Shown one piece after another: positions 28,201 to 29,054 of a stretch of DNA of 29,054 bases. The DNA is from a virus (taxonomy: Duplodnaviria > Caudoviricetes). Under the pieces are notes generated by a model. That model was not told where the DNA came from. It saw only the letters and a list, made by a program, of their open reading frames with translations, and ran no database searches. The stretch lies in IMG/VR virus record IMGVR_UViG_3300020365_000093, positions 1 to 29,054 of that record; one strand, 5' to 3'. The stretch's first letter is position 1. Each line of letters begins with the position of its first letter. A program made the translations under genes and the position numbers.

Positions 28201-28344
28201 AGCACGCTGAATACTCTTAAACGGAGTTACAGGGGAATTACCTCTGTTAGATAACGAATCTGTCGCGTTAAAATCATCTGGTGAAACATAAAGATACTTA
28301 CCAGTCTTTGAGCTGATAAGGTTATCTAAACGTGTTAATGGCAT
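13231..28344 (-). CDS. Giant virion structural protein (5037 aa), putative tail fibre/baseplate-associated
   Basis: 15.1-kb uninterrupted ORF behind a late promoter; N-terminal LYVSP...D...N.G.S...PFKSIQRA motif typical of phage fibre/beta-helix proteins; internal repeats; C-terminal LIVTLPETAQTGDVIRIIE...GW motif typical of T4-like baseplate/fibre proteins. Confidence 0.85.
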   Translation of the reverse strand: MPLTRLDNLISSKTGKYLYVSPDDFNATDSLSNRGNSPVTPFKSIQRAFLEIARYSYTPGPSNDRFDQFTVMLMPGIHYIDNRPGLVDTSGIEAFDFSQALESWGDDPILDISNPDNVLYKFNNTEGGAIIPRGSSLVGYDLRRTTVRPLYVPEPSSVTYPRSAIFNVTGGCYFWQFTIKDGQTTAESPLYNPSIGSGEVYYDPYDFTKKAIPNFSHHKLTVFEYADKEELQLYYRKVAKAFEKYQPTINTSVNGVPEFDFNVQENRIVGPLSDSRVIESLKFNDIAGTSSCNIEVTTKVDHGYFAGQFVAISGTDIDEEIEGFWPIYEISDDPRKFSYRVPFVVSGIGQGLTDNKEVSVNSAPALGQNAQVLAEVDSVESASPYVFNVSIRSVWGICGIWANGLKATGFKSMVIAQYTGVSLQRDDRAFIRYDEYANTWNQASLVDAFATVPYHAKGDSYWKDDWRNFHVRASDDAFIQNVSIFAVGFADHFLMESGGDMSITNSNSNFGNTSLHAIGFKGFSFNQDKAGYITDIIPPSQVVEDETNVEKVLYYTLDVQGTKAEFQSAGVYKKLFLGGVDLDNPLVRPAATIGGYRIGAKSGDTLYVKDGGIFEAELSPTGFVKYIAKASTLNPTTFTIDNNNVDGANLIESNRTMIQEEVFGYILEKYPRLQNISYVNPALNPAANRYFDAKNLILANRQEIVDTAFDQMVETFGIGNIQGVADGKCKRDIGFIVDAVAEDLRDGGNRNIIEATKFYFDGNDAPITNGLVGEEDQSVFAFNRARDLCKKAIANLLTVKATIYDPNPNSPLAPYGIVAGNTGSAALGLDSEGVTIDAANLKDPASRYKDARNRIVANREFILDAAVAEIAVYHPDFVIPGLNGNHSTTRFADAYKSIRRNSKEIRDNALAAINLAHPDFYFPGDPQTDERSRYADAHRLIQANKDEILDRSLAQIAVEHPDFYFPGEPQTDGGSRYADSYRLIQQNRTEIVDTAWTNMVGAYPGVASVETKCKRDIGIFVDSISLDIFMGGNKYARKFISEYFDDNGNPINNGLVGEETESQRAFEEARDLMKQAITNQLSVQDLSITPDSATGNNLDPTSCADVQSAIDSLTTIVTDVLQAGTLSGMVAETGYTSGVVETKCRRDIGYFVDAVSLDLFINGNEYSHRFAAEYFSNATTPITNGLVGEEAQSITAFNKAADMMKKALTNQLYEKDLTVTADNSPGNPYGQVTQSFTPHFATYDPNTGVTVLSIAKHGLSVGDFIELATGSIQFTCDLDGNNQITGYPRSGDPAWQKLIRIDAVTVDTITINVGDGNTNFSNHTFSTAQTGAVTFAGNTANQNKEQQLLCSDVQSAVDSLSSIITTIIATGNLSTLPLEINKGQGGPGETKCARDIGYFIDAIAVDVYTGSNKHTRTFIQQYFDGNAPITNGLLGEESESVTAFGAASDFMIKAVTNQLYDKDLTVTPDPLTNDNQDPNSCANVQSEISVLATYVTDAITAGNLNNLPAETPSSLEAAEIKCRRDIGHVVDAIAQDLWFGGNEYTIAATKEYFNGNSLITNGVDNEVGPAITCFKRAEDLMQRALNNVYYDRDLNITLDTIGDPTIVGDIECDAHDMVLANVDFIAAEAYERMLAAYPSYTPSAGNTAQDCRDDVVSVLKEVMWDVKFGGNSKTYDAANIYVTNYDYRDGNTVETFIDAERDEAAKVMTEAKNIAMQVIKNEAVSVSAGNSLTQSIDTTIVNDWDADALLPRCGSAVAAVDTLMGIIIQAIGNDSGVGTLTATRTTGAPADPAYNTAVNLSSASGSTLSFTVGTSTHVYPHTFVKALPGAIVSGGAYDHRFVSVAADAVGWAGGGSLTPINATYDATTGLFVIYTQNAHGLNAGSSVTLADNSFTFKCAMDDYTAQKSYPRPGVDPYAGQSITIASVTDRSITLNVGTSPLVEHDVTDATYDPATGVVTVTTSAPHNIDASTSIRIKTESLTFTCTKDQNVTTHSYPRAAKAYQPATYAEGNCSDVLATVNTLTSIVCDALVAGNLDDLPSLSTGNWDCANVRSSIENLFDIITDAISSGSIADLPVVNPGDFTLNATSSKCYRDVAYIVDAIANDLKYGGNINSVQAGEAYFVGTSSTRGYTPTDATYDPATGDFTVTIGNHGIEVGRRIRLADNGFTFTCGMDNDQTQKTYPRPGIDPYAGRSIQVTAVTPTTVTVNVGASGPNVSFTPSNATYDPTTGVMEITIGAHTLSVGEGVVLEDNSFTFTCALDNNATQHTYPRPGTDPFAGRSIAIEAVTATTITVNVGTSSDTSAHTFVTAANDAVKHLPQTVHTFVSATTDSVIAGGAQLEYIDGEKAETIDAWNYVGSMAIAAMRNFDFVAWGCGTVDQSDIVDVGDTSGILIGMRVEEYLASAYRTADGAPGLLKDEAKDPATKANYLVTSTIPAETYVKEIIDSTTIRLGVKDSRLDTGNSVVATDTYTAGGALHLHFMLEEGAWADTLPQTVTVAPESEDPDVIADTTVSTSQRECASTAAAIIQLTDNITTIIETGLTKIVNGVTVPTVDRVEPTFNTALLAQRATIWTIDIDGSGAPNPHDFETGTPVRLVPRPRFDRSSGKFVDVDKRLVRLPNGFDTNTTYYVIAPGRSTREGGVEYNNSVYFNGQDQTKLMLATSKENAAAGIYIYASEVDVIDPDVEIDMYQFVLDNKYDLITYIAETNTSVDGGIQTDIAHFFDVPSASTTPQTVFFRGVSGATPPILAQDFQSDPAVAAPNANFIDPNKEFYVRYVSPKVFTIHKTQSDAQNNLDPIKLNPGEKGFRVFMNKKRSPMRFDPTFTDAVTTTGKWYLQTADNITGETDQTVIDKQIYSLLGSSDYQGKDSTTDTWYERVNDTREANDRTYKLRYVIPKYIENARDPINGFVLKTRTDDTRKLVPQKILLKPVSGNVYGARFAVPGGTEYIGDTIEQLRANNLTPAEDGYDPYNAPIYARFTSGIQATIQSGRYITDRLDENIQYLELTVFDHTVDTVNFSGLRNEIFTTVKITAPQGGTFVTNKTQSISTNTIGFSGNSSGTAYIHGYYNVGGDHYLIIKGISGAKGSASLEYSEFQSTRFQQGAVFADMLEDQDMGKSLPLKTHIKKNYPEYYYKQNGSNVYTITPGDTIQDSAGNQYYVETVEDTGVIEDTFYIFDSAELQKRIFGQQDGIYYLTALRGNISPFPQGAGVSTNFRKFKFSQPVGKLYPLNYRNDPLWFKKDGTSNEEKDYYAQLIDPPQSYSAADNYIHGKVTVNDVKGSVTRELVIDLLKQPAFIENEYTTDTQDLKTVIEAQQGNASAGSEDRVIPIAGDNRVWTDQRYYVELRRPSIARAGNHTFEYLGFGPGNYSTGLPARQEIVLTPDEDFYAQSKKQDAGIVFYTGINSQGDLYIGNRRINAITGEETFIDRALLADDGDEDDVIGQLVTSFETPVTFNQNITIVGGDDGTLVSNFNSPITITCADGPIPPSQMQNQGVPLIIKSFVHSVDYKGNPQDSEGLDRDLFPLNNFGDNAGDIRIGKNRIDSAIFAFNPRGGIGQGYKIQTHAPGGVASNLTPNQDGLVSAGGSKLNVAQTVSYTNVLPDTGDILLKGGSINKNGSLGWVFANIFNQIPSDPTDPARKIASIEVRVDQNTNIGILTFIDANSDAVSVSSLGIKSTSEIKLENINYSNALNGTWKVLSTTEYPYNPASNVVYFLITSRTGSPIPAFGGTNWTTFVNDPNNPSPNAKVSSSNSNWKETMIIGGEALRTETETYGDFKLGINTVARANHEAYLNGFVESLNTDPRANLDIVGNAYISGRKMSDWLSEDNYNARERNRISDALVVGWEDEASPNSNVIDQVRAALRVSTETVAITESGRGNNENKVGINVTDAELDRALVVRGDARFTEDVRFERDIEINGDGSVAEIRTSETVGTFNFVNDTNFTGIINIANYVTSQANIANLAEIITLGNDTTADQFIRIGQTSLHSNVFLGVTPDDRPSDNALTISKVEIGGAYSSSESLSFTRIKTKSFKVDGDFQLGARRTINDTVTLSTTAGQVDFFSNSGSASVINFGLNASEINIAGQGGTTTINNQLEVIASAEFKGDVKICGGIASFAFDGARGQLGSAVASHEDGIISDTQFNKNVDIINVKVLTSAEAGYNEVDTAGNGAWGGAGFQAPRANLGGTPVIEPQDLPALSGDEYYIPLLRAPLDAQGGQYYAENDFIIINSGVGVSTHPEIVQIVELTRTTIAPYYIKVRRQPPSIGTFTAVLDTHPDRTPIYKVNIQFDATWLEQDVDASTDPAPIYLSEFGGALVPNVDYVILDREDTNGDGIFNQGEVIKVGDPREQNVQRFVITDCGDPETEVFVVDSVTGDITIGGTTEINNTLTIKGGCGTVNQVEFTGSTQANTNKITNLIITTPNATLADIQVGDYIQVITNEAPITIVQDTYIERIVPDSNELWLSEVIGGGQIVSGIQFVAERNEKFIINAGQEDQPVWQTDTCTGTTTLGNWIGRMEIEFARDSQPSTSDRDQWISLVKQNLGTQNHPIVVSYQEDPAVINDGGPSTTIRAAVQTGSTTSRYQIPVQGLGVNDGKFQVGDYIVTGSTSSFGSSGFVNVLLIVDVIDTATPTLVADYIATSDETGMFGSGNEPPETAEFTIGDLVRRVIRHSEYGNILDIEVRTRVQSGVSTEYISVILDKGYIAQTKLDYNQWLDFDNLPTTGNYAKTPGIMRLVARLEGTKHKAVMNEQQRDGAIPFRRGNFYLANDFEMIGGNLHIKDSVGESTIFRVFNDDGHADHQGLIQWNAGIIGRGDFYLFGTSCPENVLFNPDDDTPTFSVDNFGNATVQTTLNITGVAAATPSPTSEPFRIGNLGPNGANDFTVKQDQSIDAFGFTNFYTTTGGRHTRYISAASTEEELNLKSNIIYMVNVQAAQTLIVTLPETAQTGDVIRIIEVGGNLRYDTSLVVRTPETSGTTIQGDAQGTLLGGRLTTYPSGELVVQTPNAAFGLVYLGSTDSNNQTGIPTSVQGWWLMEV
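20720..26420 (-). repeat. Seven dispersed helical KCxRD-type protein repeats
   Basis: Core Cys codons at 26158, 25306, 24913, 24169, 23779, 23392, 22069 (C729, C1013, C1144, C1392, C1522, C1651, C2092). Confidence 0.9.
21345..24640 (-). repeat. Five ATYD(P/A)xTG...F(T/K)C...YPR beta-module protein repeats
   Basis: Copies at about 24360-24640, 22350-22780 (two) and 21345-21955 (two). Confidence 0.85.
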
Positions 28345-28379
28345 GACTACTCTGACCCTGCAAGTTTATTCCTCGGATT

Positions 28380-28387
28380 TATTTATA
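28380..28387 (-). promoter_or_regulatory. T4-type late promoter
   Basis: Exact TATAAATA 35 nt upstream of the giant gene ATG. Confidence 0.85.
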
Positions 28388-28390
28388 CCA

Positions 28391-28418
28391 GAAAACCTTG
28401 TAAAACACTACAGGGTTC
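28391..28418 (-). terminator. Possible weak terminator hairpin
   Basis: AACCCTGTA-GTGTTT-TACAAGGTT-TT, one mismatch, between the HNH gene and the late promoter. Confidence 0.35.
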
Positions 28419-28447
28419 TAGGATTTAGAGTGGTTGAGATTTGAACC

Positions 28448-28798
28448 CTAAGGCAACACAATGAGTTCTGGAAGTTCAACTAAACCATGATCTAATAGTC
28501 TATGACAATTTGCACATATTGGAGCACACTTGTCAATTTCTTGCTTCAATGTTTTGTAACTAGCAAACTGCAATAGTTTAGATACGCTGTACATTTTTGG
28601 TGAAGGATCAACATGAATGAGATCCATTTGTACAGGATGAAATTCTTTATTACAAATAATACAAGGATTCTTCTTTGCATCCTCTACTATCTGTTTTCTC
28701 CTCTTATGACTAATTTGATTTGCTTTATAAGTCTTAGAATTCTTTCTAGCCCACTCACGCTGATACTTACGATTTTCTTCTTTATCTTTGTAAGGCAT
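28448..28798 (-). CDS. HNH endonuclease-like protein
   Basis: CIIC...MDLIHVDP..K...EIDKCAPICANCHR..DH: Zn-binding CxxC pairs around an HNH core, basic N-terminus. Confidence 0.8.
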   Translation of the reverse strand: MPYKDKEENRKYQREWARKNSKTYKANQISHKRRKQIVEDAKKNPCIICNKEFHPVQMDLIHVDPSPKMYSVSKLLQFASYKTLKQEIDKCAPICANCHRLLDHGLVELPELIVLP

Positions 28799-28868
28799 AA
28801 CCTAGAAACTTCTACTAAACATATGTAGATATAACTGAATTGTTCTCTATAAGTTGTTCTATACATAA

Positions 28869-28941
28869 CTCCTCCACCTGGGCTCGAACCAGGGACAAAT
28901 TGATTAACAGTCAATCGCTCTACCTACTGAGCTATAGAGGA
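28869..28941 (-). tRNA. trnN: tRNA-Asn (GTT)
   Basis: Acceptor TCCTCTA/TGGAGGA, D arm GCTC/GAGC, anticodon arm ATTGA-CTGTTAA-TCAAT, T arm CCTGG-TTCGAGC-CCAGG; CCA not encoded. Confidence 0.97.
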
Positions 28942-28950
28942 ATGGGAATT

Positions 28951-29054
28951 CCCTCTGCTCGTCAGCAGAGGGGGCACCAAGAGGGATCCCACCTCTCTCT
29001 CACATGGGTTGTTGCTCCGATTCTTTTTTCTCTCGGAAATGTGAGCACGGATGT
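28951..29054 (-). ncRNA. Structured RNA, 3' part (possibly manA RNA motif)
   Basis: Four helices visible in about 100 nt directly upstream of the tRNA; manA RNAs are known next to tRNAs in cyanophages; family assignment unverified. Confidence 0.5.

Noticed and set aside
13231-28344. Intein, intron or diversity-generating retroelement target in the giant gene
   Set aside because: No intein terminal or LAGLIDADG motifs noticed, the frame is uninterrupted, no reverse transcriptase is present, and repeats diverge at synonymous sites rather than only at adenines (by-eye check only)
28687-28914. 75-aa ORF starting inside the tRNA
   Set aside because: Overlaps a clear tRNA-Asn and the HNH gene; spurious

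Overview
Segment of a T4-like marine cyanomyovirus (Synechococcus/Prochlorococcus phage) genome, with all credible genes on the minus strand. In transcription order (right to left): the 3' part of a structured ncRNA (possibly manA-like), tRNA-Asn(GTT), an HNH endonuclease-like gene, then a T4 late promoter (TATAAATA) driving a tail module. That module holds a 5037-aa giant virion protein, three tail-collar-domain fibre proteins, a 2OG-Fe(II) oxygenase and a tail assembly chaperone-like protein. It is followed by small hypothetical genes, a second 2OG-Fe(II) oxygenase, a coupled PD-(D/E)XK nuclease plus beta-class DNA methyltransferase pair (candidate phage-borne type II R-M system), and an array of small early genes, several behind a repeated dyad + -10 promoter. 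The most striking observations are in the giant protein. It carries seven helical repeats resembling the phycobiliprotein bilin-attachment region (one reads KCARDIGY). Their N-halves, cores and closing helices balance 7:7:7 in a nested 'Russian-doll' order. All protein family calls come from motif recognition by eye; no database search was run.
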